31,004 nt of DNA from Xylographa opegraphella (taxonomy: Eukaryota), in NCBI GenBank assembly GCA_022813865.1, contig JALDZX010000037.1, forward strand, positions 186,001-217,004, in the 5' to 3' direction. The number at the start of each line of letters is the position of its first letter. Position 1 is the stretch's first letter. The notes beneath the pieces are model-generated. The model did no database searches and was not told the origin of the DNA. It saw nothing but the letters and a program-made list of their open reading frames with translations. The position numbers were made by a program, and so were the translations under genes. Of this stretch, positions 12,395 through 23,344 are shown in pieces.

Positions 12395-12703
12395 TCACTC
12401 TAAAGGCATGTACTGCAATGCCGCTTGAGCGGATATCTGGAGACCAACAGCCTAAGGATATTGGGAGATGGTGTAACATTGTGCATTGATGGCAATTAAC
12501 ATCTATCTCCGCTCCTTTGAGTACTCATATAAGGAGGATTGATAATAACGAATGCCATTCTATGAAGGGAATATTTGATCCCAGGCAAAGCATAGTCTCC
12601 GGTGTTCTATTCCACGCATTATACTCTTTCGGGTTTGCAAGACAAGCCCTTAGCTTGGTCGCGCACCTTTATGACAAAATGTCCGAGTCATCTGTTTGTT
12701 CCA

Positions 12704-13157
12704 TTATGCTCCTCCCACGAGTATGTTGTTCACGGGTATATGGACTAGAGAACAATGTCAATCGAAAACTCAATGTAAGCTTCCCGAGCAAGTTGCATGT
12801 TTCAGGACAGCAAGCCGCATCAAGCTGTCATCTCCTTGTAGTGCCGACAAGGAGTGCGGAGAAGTCGGCGTGGAAAACATACTCAGCTTAACGACGTATC
12901 CAATGACTCCCATTATCACGAAACCCATTCCGACAGCTTGTGATATCTTGATGAACTCGCGCTTATCCGCTGTGGATTTGTATCAGCCGTCAAGTCATCT
13001 TTGTCTTTAGGTGGTTGATCATTTAAAGCCAGGAGCGACCTTTAGTAGCATAAATGTTATAGGTACACGTACGCTTGGTGCATCGATTGATGAACTGGGT
13101 GCCATCACGCAAGAAATCTTTGGGGATATCCGCGATCTCTTTGATTTGCTCCGACAT
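12704..13157 (-). CDS. SSS1: Protein translocon Sec61 gamma subunit (70 aa); absent from the ORF track
   Basis: Exons 13157-13073, 12969-12883 and 12744-12704 splice to MSEQIKEIADIPKDFLRDGTQFINRCTKPDKREFIKISQAVGMGFVIMGVIGYVVKLIHIPVNNILVGGA. Confidence 0.97.
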
Positions 13158-13725
13158 AGAGGGCGACTGTTTGGCTGTCTGGTCGGGTGAAGGAGTGCAA
13201 TGTCAGAGTTCTGCTTGCCCTGGTTCGTAAACTGGAATCTCGGAGCACGTGTCCGCTTGAAGTAAGCGTGGAAACTCGTGCTCAAGGTTACGACAAATGG
13301 TATATAAGCGGGAACGGATTGGCGTATTGTTCACTTCAAGCTTGTTCACCACCAACTGCGCCGAGACGCGATTCCTTGATCAACCATACCACCTTCTGTG
13401 TTACCGAACTCTTTCGATTCCTTGAAATACTCATTGGCACTTCTTTCTCAACTCTCGCTCAGCCAAGGCCAGGCCTCTGCTCGCGCTCAGATCGTACCTC
13501 ACTTTCGTCACTGATATTTGCTTTGTCCCTATTGCTTCCGTACGACTAGTGGGCTGTTCAAGGCGTGTGTGCAGCGAGCTATATCATCAAAGACTAAGCT
13601 GTAACTTGAATCGTTCTCTGCAAGGAGCGGCATAGTTCCTCGATAGACGAACTGTCGCTAGAGACCACCTGTTGTTCATTTTCAAAGTTAAAAAGGCTCT
13701 GTTTTCCGCATCACTTTACTTAATT

Positions 13726-13872
13726 GTACGTATGTCTGTCTGGCGTCCTTAAGATCTCTTCAGATTGATAACCTCATGGGATTGGAAACAAGGGCTTGGC
13801 GCACTGGGCAATCCCTCAGCTCTTCATGTCAGAGTTTCCTTCACTGCTAATAAAAATTTATGTGCCCTGCAG
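13726..13872 (+). promoter_or_regulatory. Probable 5'-UTR intron of the CFIm68/Rbp35-like gene
   Basis: Overlapping donors GTACGT (13726) and GTATGT (13730), branch GCTAAT (13846-13851) and acceptor TGCAG (13872), 110 nt upstream of the ATG at 13982. Confidence 0.65.
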
Positions 13873-13981
13873 ACTTGTACTTTCTCCTCGGGCTTGTCAA
13901 GACCTACACCTGTGCATAATCACAAATACATACAATTTGGAGAGCTGAAGACACTTAAGATCTCCAATCTTTGTGATCAAC

Positions 13982-15569
13982 ATGGCTACTGAAGAAGACA
14001 ACTTCGACATTGACATCTATGGCGATGGAGGCGAGGACTACCATGAAGATGGCCAGGTAGAGTCAGAAGTGGATAATCAAGCAATACAAGAATCCGTGCA
14101 GCCGGCGGACTCTGCTGTTCCCACACCTGGAACCTTTGTTACTTCAGCAGAACCAACACCGAATGGTCACGGTGACAATCAGGGTCCCGTTGGCTCAAAG
14201 ATAATTGAACAGGTCGACAATGTAGCCCATAAAATTGGGAGTACCGATGAGTCTGCACTTGATCCCCTTAGCCTTCCCAAACGAGCCCCTCAAGCCCAAG
14301 GCCTCAAGCGTAAAGAAGGCAACGACAATAGGTTTGTTGACCCTGGTGCGACAACGGCATTATTCATATCTGACCTTCACTGGTGGATAACGGACGACGA
14401 TGTACGCGGTTGGGCCAACCAAAGTGAGTGCGAAGACGAACTCGAGGACATGACTTTCAGCGAGCATAAAGTCAATGGCAAGAGCAAAGGGTATGCTTGC
14501 AATTTTGGAATATTTAAGGTCTGACTACTAATCATTCGAGGGTAGACAAGCATATGTCCTGTTCAAGTCACCGCAGGCAGCCACAGCCGCTAAACACAAG
14601 ATTGAATCATTTGGTGAAGGTCAAAAATATCGACAAAAATTCACAGTTAGCTATACCAATCCGTACACCAATCCTTTCAAGACACTTCCAAAAGATGGAC
14701 CATTGCGGAATAGCAACCAAGGTAATCGATCATCGTCGGGTGGCTACAGTAATTCATCAGGCATGGGACCTACGCCATCGCAACAGTCAGTGTACCCTTC
14801 AACCAGTGGATACCGTGGGAGAGGGGGGTACAATAATCGAGGCGGAATGTCAATTATTGGTGGGTACAACCGGGGCGGTTATCAGCAGACGATGCCGGGT
14901 GGCTACCAGAATCCACCGATGACTGGTTTCCAGACACCGCCAATGGGAGGTATGTCATCATATGGGGGCTTCCAAAACCGCGGCGCTATGATGGGTGGCA
15001 TGCGAGGTAATGCGATGGGTATCCGAGGTGGTCGAGGAGCGATGAATCCGAATGGCATGATGGGAATGCCAATGGGTGGAATGAATATGGGCGGCATGCA
15101 AGGTCCAATGAGTGGTATGGGTGGTATGGGCATGGCTATGCCGCAGATGGGAGCTGGCATGGGTATGCAAGGTATGCATAACTACGTTTTTCCTTCTATG
15201 GGTTTTTGGGTATTCCAGCAGTCCTCTACCCTTCAGGCTTCATGTTGTTCATTGGCAATCAGAACTATGAGCGCAAGCACTTCTCTTCCACCTCCAGCTA
15301 TTGGCCCAGTCGCTTACCCACCAGCAACGAATTGCACATTTGGTTGTTTCTCAAACACATCAACAGCGTCACCAGTTGTAGCATACGCTTAAGTCCGTTG
15401 TGAGGAGACAATGCTGAAACGTATTTCATATGATATAGGTTCCCCCGGATTTCAAGGAGCTCAGCCACATTATAATTCCGCCTTCTTCCCGCAGCAAGCA
15501 GGACAGGCTGCGGCCATAGGCGACTCGAGCTGGAACCCTCACGGTGCGAAGCGAACGAGACAGGAATAA
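13982..15569 (+). CDS. RRM + RGG + Met/Gly-rich protein, cleavage factor Im large-subunit-like (CFIm68/CPSF6; Magnaporthe Rbp35-type)
   Basis: Exons 13982-14490, 14546-15171 and 15439-15569. The RRM ALFISDLHWWITDDD...FSEHKVNGKSKGQAYV resembles the CPSF6 RRM. Also NPFKTLPKD, several RGG tripeptides, an M/G-rich tract and C-terminal WNPHGAKRTRQE. Confidence 0.88.
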
Positions 15570-16107
15570 TGTTATCGAGATGATTTGAGTGAATTGCTTC
15601 TGAGAGGATTACATGCACAGTCGCAAATTTCAGGAGAAAAAGGAATAACGATAACAGCATAGTAACTGCTAGTGGCGTCTTCGACTATGACGTTGATTCT
15701 CTTGACCCTTTATATTGTGTCACAAGCGTGAACTGTTCTCTTTTTGTATTCCTTCTTCGCTAAGAGAAGGCTAGGCCTGCAAAGTCCTGGATACGCTGTT
15801 GAGACAGGTGGCGGCTTCAGGCAATGTTGCGGCAAACTCGAAAGGCAATATTTCAAGTTGGAGGCGGCACGGTCTTTCCTTCTGCATTCAGCTGGCACCG
15901 CCGGAAGGCACGTGCAAATGAGTGACCACTTGTGTGCAGAAAGTATTTGAGCTTCAGTTTGTTGCCAACAAGTCTCGTTCCTTGTTTATCATGCATATAT
16001 CAGGCTTATATGATTACTAACAGTTGGCTTTCACACCAAGCAACATTGTATCACTTCGTCGCTTCGATTCAACTCAACTTCAAAGTATCCCTTTAGCCTG
16101 TATCAAG

Positions 16108-18790
16108 ATGACCACCCACAGATTCTGCAGCGCAGTTTTGGTCCTCTTTATTTTGATCCTACCAGTTACCATACCGTATCCTCTGCCTGCGAAAAAAGTT
16201 ACTTTCGCCCCGAAGCCAGGCGTCGGGGTGGTAAATCGACTTCGAAATCCCTTGAAACCTAGGCTCGATGACCCGTCTCTGACATCAAAGATTGTGTCTA
16301 GTGCCAAGTCACTGGCCCAACCGACCGAGGCGTCTTCAAACACCATACATAGTCCTCCAACTGGTCCTGCTCGTTTTCATGGTGCTGCATGGTATGGATT
16401 TGCTGCCCTAGCTTTGCTTCTGATTCTTATGACGGGATTGCTTGCCGGGTTGACGCTTGCGGTCATGAGTGTGGATATGACGAGATTGAGAGTTTGGACG
16501 AGGACGGGAAGTTCTAAGAGGCGGTTAGTACTACAACATCTCGTTATTTGTTACCGTACTAGTTAACGCATGCATATTCTTTGCAGCGCCTTGAAAATTC
16601 TGACTGACTTCTGTCACGAGTTTCCAATAATTTGTTCTCGTATGTTTTCACGTAATTTTGACGAGAGGTGCTGACGTGAACCGCTATGCAGAGCTCAGGC
16701 TATCGCTGTTCTAGGTCTTCGACAGCATCCAAACTGGCTTCTCACTTCCTTCATCCTCTCTTCCATAGCCGTTGGGCAAGCTCTGCCAATGATTACCAAC
16801 CATCTGTTCACCCCTGGAGCAATGCTCCCTTTTGTGATATCTACCATTCTTCTCACTCTTATCGGGTCACTTCTCCCACAAGCGATAATGCCGTTGTATA
16901 CCTTAATGATTGCATCCCGCATGGCCTGGTTCATAACAATGCTGATGTGGCTGACTGCACCGCTAAGTGTCCCGCTTGGATTCGTTTTTAGGTGGTGTAA
17001 GATACTGGGTAAGTGGAAAGAGGAATGGAAGTCGGATGGTATTCTCAGTAGGGATGAGCTGGCCGAGTTCGTCCGCTTGCATCAGATTGATGCAGGGTTG
17101 GGTGGCAAATTGGGTAACAAGGTTGGCGAATGCGTCAGATGTTTAATCGTGGGAGAAAGAAGCACCATGGGAGAGATCACAGGATGGGACGGGCTGTTCA
17201 AGACTTGTCAAGATCAACAGGTGGATGCGGCTCTACTCGCTGGTTTGGCTCCGATCATATCACCGTTCATGATAGTTGCTACCGACGTTCACGGAGGTGG
17301 AAAGATCCTAGGAGTAGTTCTAAGAGAGGTACGAACTCCTCTTGACCCATGGTATAATAGGGCCTCTAACTAAGGATATATAGACTATCCAGGCAGTGAC
17401 AGCTGTGAAAACCCCAGTCTACATCCGAGATCTGCCAATTCATTCCGTTCCAATTGTACGGCAAGACTGCAATATGGTGACTTTGACGGAATGGCTTTTA
17501 ACAGATGATGAGCGGTAAGCCCTGGGTCCATGAACGAACTTGCACTGTTTCTCCTAACGCTCTAGTGTGGCGATTGTCGTCGACAGTAACAACATCATCA
17601 ATTGTGGCGCTAATGGCCTTTCATGGTCGCCAGGAGGACCTTACGGTGATCCACCCCTGGGTCCGGTCACGTCGACTCCTATTTCTCCACTGGGAATTAT
17701 TACCCCCCGCTGCGTTTTGCGCAGGCTTCTCCTCGGTATCAACGATAATAGGAAAACAAACCAACACAGCCCAATCATTGGGACAGAGAGTACGGGCTAT
17801 CATGCTAGCCCTGGTCGCAGCTTTTCGATGCCAACTCATAGGAGTACTCCTTCGACCGAGGACTTCCCAGCTCATAGTCTCCGAAATAGAGCAAATACGC
17901 TCAAGGGCGTGTCGGACGAAAACGCGAAAAATTTCAAGACTACGACGTCTTCTAGAGTCACTCCCGAGCGAACTTCCCATTCTTCAGTAGGCGGTCGTTT
18001 TGATGGTTCGGACGGGATAGAGTGTGTACTATCTCGGCAGGACTCTCTCTTCTCGAGACTCGTGTCTCAATTACCCTCCAGTCCCTCGGATAGTATTCGT
18101 CCAGTGGAATTAAGCCCTCTCGCGAATGTCATGAATCCCAACACCAAACCCCATGATGAGACAGAGACACTAAGCTCTTGCTGCTCCTCTGTGAACGATG
18201 AAACAGGCCTCCGCTTCAGACTGGGACAACAAGTTTCCGAGATAGAAAATCGCAATTGCGAGAATCGCGAATTCGCTTTTACGGAGCTTTCGCAGCATAG
18301 TTCTTCTCGAAGGCAAAGCCGACCAAGCCGACAACCAAACACACTTGACAGTAGCGCAGCATACTGGAGGTCGGACGGCCGCGCGAGTTTTCCGCGGAGG
18401 ACTTCTGAGCACATAAGGGGTGTGCGGATTTCCAGCTCACATCACACATCTGCTTGTGGAGAGATCCACTGTACCAGACCAAGTCCAGTGGCGACGGAGA
18501 AGGAAACGCCGCATTTCGGGAGGGTGGAGCAGCAATATAAGTCTCTCCCAGATCCTGCAGATGACTGCAAAGCAATCCAACTTCATCAAGCGATGCAAGG
18601 GGAAGACAACCGGAAGGAAGGGTCGCCGAGGAAAGCGGAGAAGAGGCACGAGAGCCTTACAGACCCCCAGGACGATGCAGACGTCAATGATATAATCAAC
18701 CGCGTGGTGTGGAAGCGCGGGTTGAGGGAGGAGCTTCTGCAGCAGCCGGCCACAAGCGGAGAAGAGGAAGCTGCTGTAGGAAAACCCTGA
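16108..18790 (+). CDS. Divergent CNNM/DUF21 (Mam3-like) membrane protein with degenerate CBS region and long low-complexity tail
   Basis: Exons 16108-16523, 16692-17328, 17384-17514 and 17566-18790 are frame-consistent. N-terminal hydrophobic signal-like segment. DUF21-like LLILMTGLLAGLTLAVMSVD...TGS, LLPQA and LMWLTAPLSVPL. CBS-like IRDLPIHSVPIV and RVAIVVD. Confidence 0.75.
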
Positions 18791-19239
18791 GGCTGGGCTT
18801 GGCAACGGAGCCGATGTGCAGAGACACGGTCATTAGTGAGCTGCGGGCGTGTCTTGAGAAGTGCATGGGCATTGAGCAGAGTGGCTCAGATGGAATGGAA
18901 ATCCCGATCCTCCCGGACAAAGCTGTCAAGGCATGATGTCGAAAGTTGACGTAGGAGAGATACTTCGTAATTGTGTGGGCGCCTTCCCCACCATAGACCC
19001 GCCTCTGACATGTTGCCCCTCCGAACGCGACTCGGGTAGAAATCTGCACGTTGGATACACTCGGAGAACACACCAACAGCGTGCACCATCGGCTGCCACG
19101 GGCCCGGACGATCACGATCGCAAGTCCAACTTCTGCAGTCCAACTGCTTTGGTTCTCTGGTGAAGGCACCGTCCTCCGGAGTCTCGTCCGCTGCGCCACT
19201 ACCGCCCTTGACCCCGACCACCCGCACAAGCCAGACAAG

Positions 19240-19841
19240 ATGCAGGCCATGCCTGATGCACGCCAGCAATCCTTCGAGGAGATCTATGCCCCCCCTGAGA
19301 ACTTCCTCGAGATAGAAGTACGTTGAGGGTTGTCGGCTCCGCATCGTTCGCCCATCATACTTACCTCGTCACTCCTTTCCCCGCAGGTGAAGAACCCCCA
19401 GACCCACGGTACATCGCGCAGCATGTACACCGACTACGAGATTGTCTGCCGAACGAATATTCCCGCCTTCAAGCTCAAGCACAGCACTGTGCGCCGACGG
19501 TATAGCGACTTCGAGTATTTCCGGGATATACTGGAGCGCGAGAGCGCCAGAGTGACGATCCCACCTCTCCCGGGGAAGGTATTTACGAACCGGTTCAGTG
19601 ACGATGTGATCGAGCACCGGAGGGATGGATTACAACGGTTCTTGCAGATAGTGGTGGGCCACCCGCTCTTGCAGACCGGGAGCAAGGTGCTGGCGAGCTT
19701 CGTGCAGGGTGAGTGCTTTCTGGGACATTTGTGCTGGAGAGGTCAATCAACGGCGTTGCCGACGATGTTCCCGAGCCAGTTGCACACCGAGACCATTGCT
19801 GACCTTCTGTAGATCCGAATTGGGATCGAAATTCATGGTAG
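19240..19841 (+). CDS. SNX3: Sorting nexin-3 (PX domain)
   Basis: Exons 19240-19317, 19387-19708 and 19813-19841. Translation [34 protein letters not shown]...[32 protein letters not shown]...DPNWDRNSW. Confidence 0.97.
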
Positions 19842-20426
19842 GGACCGTAGGAGGAAAGCCAAGTGCTGCGATGCACGTACAGCAATGAAGAAAGGATATA
19901 GTCTTGTTTCTAAAGCGTTTCAAGCGGGCGTGGAGCTGGGTGCTTTCCAAAAAGAGTACCTACTTTTTGGTATCTTCCTTCCATGTAGATCTGTATAGGG
20001 CAGAAAACAATTGCTCTTCTACCCAGGGGATGAAAGGCCACAATCGGATATTTTGTGCAGTATTACTTTACTGAACGTCTACGCTGTAATCTTGTCTGCT
20101 ATCGCGAACCTGATTCTGATAATTGATCTCGTCCTTGAATCAAAACACAGGCAAATACGCTCCGTCAACAAACATGCCTTCTGATCATTTTACACTGCTC
20201 TCATGTTGGTCCTCTGCTCAATCCATCAGTGCTATCGCCAGGTCTATCTTGGCGGACCGATCTTGCCTGTCCAGCATGGTGCAGTAGAGTTTCACATCCT
20301 GGGGGAATGAATCACGCTAATTTGTGTCTTCGGAAGAATACATTCAGTGATCTGCACTACTTTTCGGCCATTCGCATCCTGTCAATGCTTTGCACAGTGA
20401 GGCATCGCTGCACATATCACTGATTA

Positions 20427-22331
20427 TCATTCGAGATCGAACATCGGCCGCGCTGCCATATCTTCCCATAGCAGTGGAGGCAACGTAACGCTATCCTCTC
20501 CCCAATCTTCATAAGGATACTTGAACGGTGGTAGTCGACTGACTTCCTCTTCTTCCTCGTCGTTCAAGAGACCCAGTATGCCGAGGTGGCGCGCATCATC
20601 GGCCGTGACGGATGATTGTCTGCTACGCTCGTCTGAGTAATGAAGGATCTCAGAAAACACTCCCTGTGGTTGTCCCTGAAGCTCAGACCTAACGTCTCGT
20701 ACCGATTCACATCTTAAATCTTGTTCACAATGGTGATCAAACACTCGGGTGGCAGTTTCCAGCTCAGCTGGCAGGGTGTCTGGTCTCGGAGATAGTGGTG
20801 TGTCTCTCAGCTTTGCTCGCGTAATTTTTCGTCCTTCGTCTGATGCATCTACATGTGATCCTGTCCTACACCGTTTGAATGTCCTTGTTATGGCTGTTGG
20901 CTCTAAGCTGCTACCAACATCTGATTTCTCTTTGGCAGACTTATACTTCGGTTGAGGCTTTACTTGCTTTTTTCCGGTGCTAGGTGGTGCAGCCTGATAT
21001 AACTCTGAGAACTTTAGCCTGAACCTGTCCCGCACTTGCGCCCCTAGACGATGCGACAATTGCATCTCAGGATCTTTGGTAATTGCGGTCCATGAGAACC
21101 CGTACTTTTTGTGTCCCTTGATAAGATTCTCATCTTCCTCCTTCGTCCACCGAGGCGGCAGCGTTCGGTGAGGCTTGTATGGCTGCGGTGGCTTCGGCTG
21201 ATTGTCTTTCGGTCGCCTGGTCTTGGTCGGAGGAAGCCAGGGTATATTGATATTAACTGGCCCGGAAACAAAATTCCTAGACCCATCAATCGCTGATGTG
21301 GATCTCATGCCCCGAAGTACGGAGGACGAGGTCTGTGAGGGAGTCGAAGAAGAGGTAAGATTTGCAGCCTCAAAATCAGTCTGCTCAGCAGTCGAACTGC
21401 TGCCATCTGCAACGAGGTCGGGAAGTGATACAAGATTGTGTAAACTCCCACAGCGTATAATATCTTTTTCTTGGTTCATGCGGCATGTACGGTATCTATA
21501 AGAACATGTGAACCTCACGTTACATAGATTGTGGTATCGGAAATATTACCTATCCTTCAGATCTACTGTCGTTCGTTCGGAGGAAAAATATAATTCTGGG
21601 TCGTTTAGGATTTTCTTCCACTTTCCAGGTCCAAATTTTGAAACGCCTTTCAGGAGGTCATGCGTCTCTTCTTCTGTCCATTTTTTTCGTGGTCGCAGCA
21701 CCGCTCTCTTGATCGGACCATATGCGTCCTGATCAATATCTTCTTTTGGAGAATTACAAATTTGATCCGATAGCTTGGATCTATTTCCAGGGATGATAAG
21801 AATTTCGGGCACAAGCCGTGGGTCTAGCTTTGGCAAGCTTTCTTCCCTAGAAGACTGGTTGGATGTAATGGGAGGAAATAGAGCTGCACTTGGTGGCGGC
21901 TCATGAAGTTCTGTGAGGACAGCCACTGGCTGGAATGGAGGCGGTCTAGCCTCTTTGACCGCGGCTGTTGGTTTCGGAAGTTGAACGAATTCGTTGACTC
22001 TTATAACGTTGTCGACCTGTTGCCCTTTTTCTGAACCCTCGATGCTACGTACCACGCCGATATTCTGCTTGACGATCGTAGCTTCGTAGGAATGGCCGGT
22101 GTCATTCTCGCCAATCAATTTTGCTTCAGCGAGTGCCTTGCGACGCGAGGTCAACTTTGCTGTCGCGTTGTGACTACTGTCATTGACGCGAGCATTAGGT
22201 TCGAGGGGTAATGGCCTGCTTGTTGTGATATAAGGTAACGGATCTTGTAGAGGCGGAATACGGAACGACGAACTGTAAGAAGGGTCCTCAAACTCGTCAA
22301 CGGGTGAGAACAGTTTCGGGTCTGTTGACAT
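20427..22331 (-). CDS. Double Myb/SANT (telobox-type) DNA-binding protein, Tay1/Teb1-like
   Basis: Exons 22331-21550 and 21495-20427 (54-nt GT-AG intron). Myb1 RKKWTEEETHDLLKGVSKFGPGKWKKIL...RTTVDLKDRYRT carries the TRF-like LKDR motif. Myb2 is RWTKEEDENLIKGHKKYGFSWTAI...VRDRFR. C-terminus LPPLLWEDMAARPMFDLE. Confidence 0.85.
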
Positions 22332-23060
22332 AGTATCGACACCTGATCATAACTAGCTTCTCACAGCAGTCGTCAAAATTGACGTTAAGGAGCAGTGGAT
22401 AAACAAAACGCGGGTGTTTCGTGCTTGTTGGGCTTGTCGGAATAAACACAAATCAATCGTGCTATATGTGACAGACATAGAGATGTTGTGGGATCACGGG
22501 TCTTGACGAAGACACGATCAAGCAGTAGACATGGCTTTTTTGTGTGGGCGTGTGAGTTATCCACCTTGAACGATATGTTAATCATAGTGGAGTCAGTCAA
22601 TATGTTACCTGGTACCTACGAGATCTGCGAAGGCCGAGCTTAAGGTCAGGAGATACAGAAAGTCCGCCCGGGACCGGCACCTCGCCTAGGGAGAGTTTAC
22701 AGTCTACAGTCTATATTAACTTAATTAGGCGAATAACACGCACTACCAGGTGATCCAGCGCGAGGGGACCACTCGCTCAATATGCAGCGTTGTGGAAAGC
22801 CAAGACCCCCTGGAGCTAAACCCGAAGAGGGAATATTCTACGGATCGGAGGGGAAATACTGCTTCACTAGCGGCCGAAGTTCGATTTGGACCCCCTCACC
22901 CTTAGAGCAGCTATGCTGCAGCCAGGTAATCCAGCGTAAGGCGGCCTGTCGCAATATGGGACCCCTATTTCGGGCCCATTATTAACCGATGACCGAATAT
23001 TCGGATCGGCCGAGCGAACATTATCCTGACCGAATATTATATTCAATCAAATAATACATA

Positions 23061-23100
23061 CGTAATTTTACGTAATTTTACGTAACCCTACGTAACCCTA
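23061..23100. repeat. 10-nt tandem repeat (CGTAATTTTA)2(CGTAACCCTA)2
   Basis: Read directly from the sequence. The copies differ only by CCC versus TTT. Confidence 0.9.
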
Positions 23101-23305
23101 AAGTAATTTATACAATCAGCGTTATTTACGTAGCCTTTACAATATTATCACGTTTTTTATGTATTATATTATACTAATTAATTATCTGCAATTATAGTAT
23201 ATTATTACATAATCTAATACATCATGATTGTGACGACTATAACATCAGTCACAGGTAATAGGGGTCGGGCTGGATCAGGACTAGCACCTTTAGTATATAG
23301 TCTCG

Positions 23306-23344
23306 NNNNNNNNNNNNNNNNNNNNNNNNNNNNNNNNNNNNNNN
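23306..23344. other. Assembly gap (39 N)
   Basis: Run of n characters. Confidence 1.

Noticed and set aside
16524..16691. Possible stwintron (internal TTAAC…TGCAG at 16586)
   Set aside because: Removing the inner segment does not rebuild a donor. At most this is a cryptic acceptor.
18709..18936. ORF overlapping the end of the CNNM-like gene
   Set aside because: No convincing splice or frameshift signal links it, and it has no recognisable motif.
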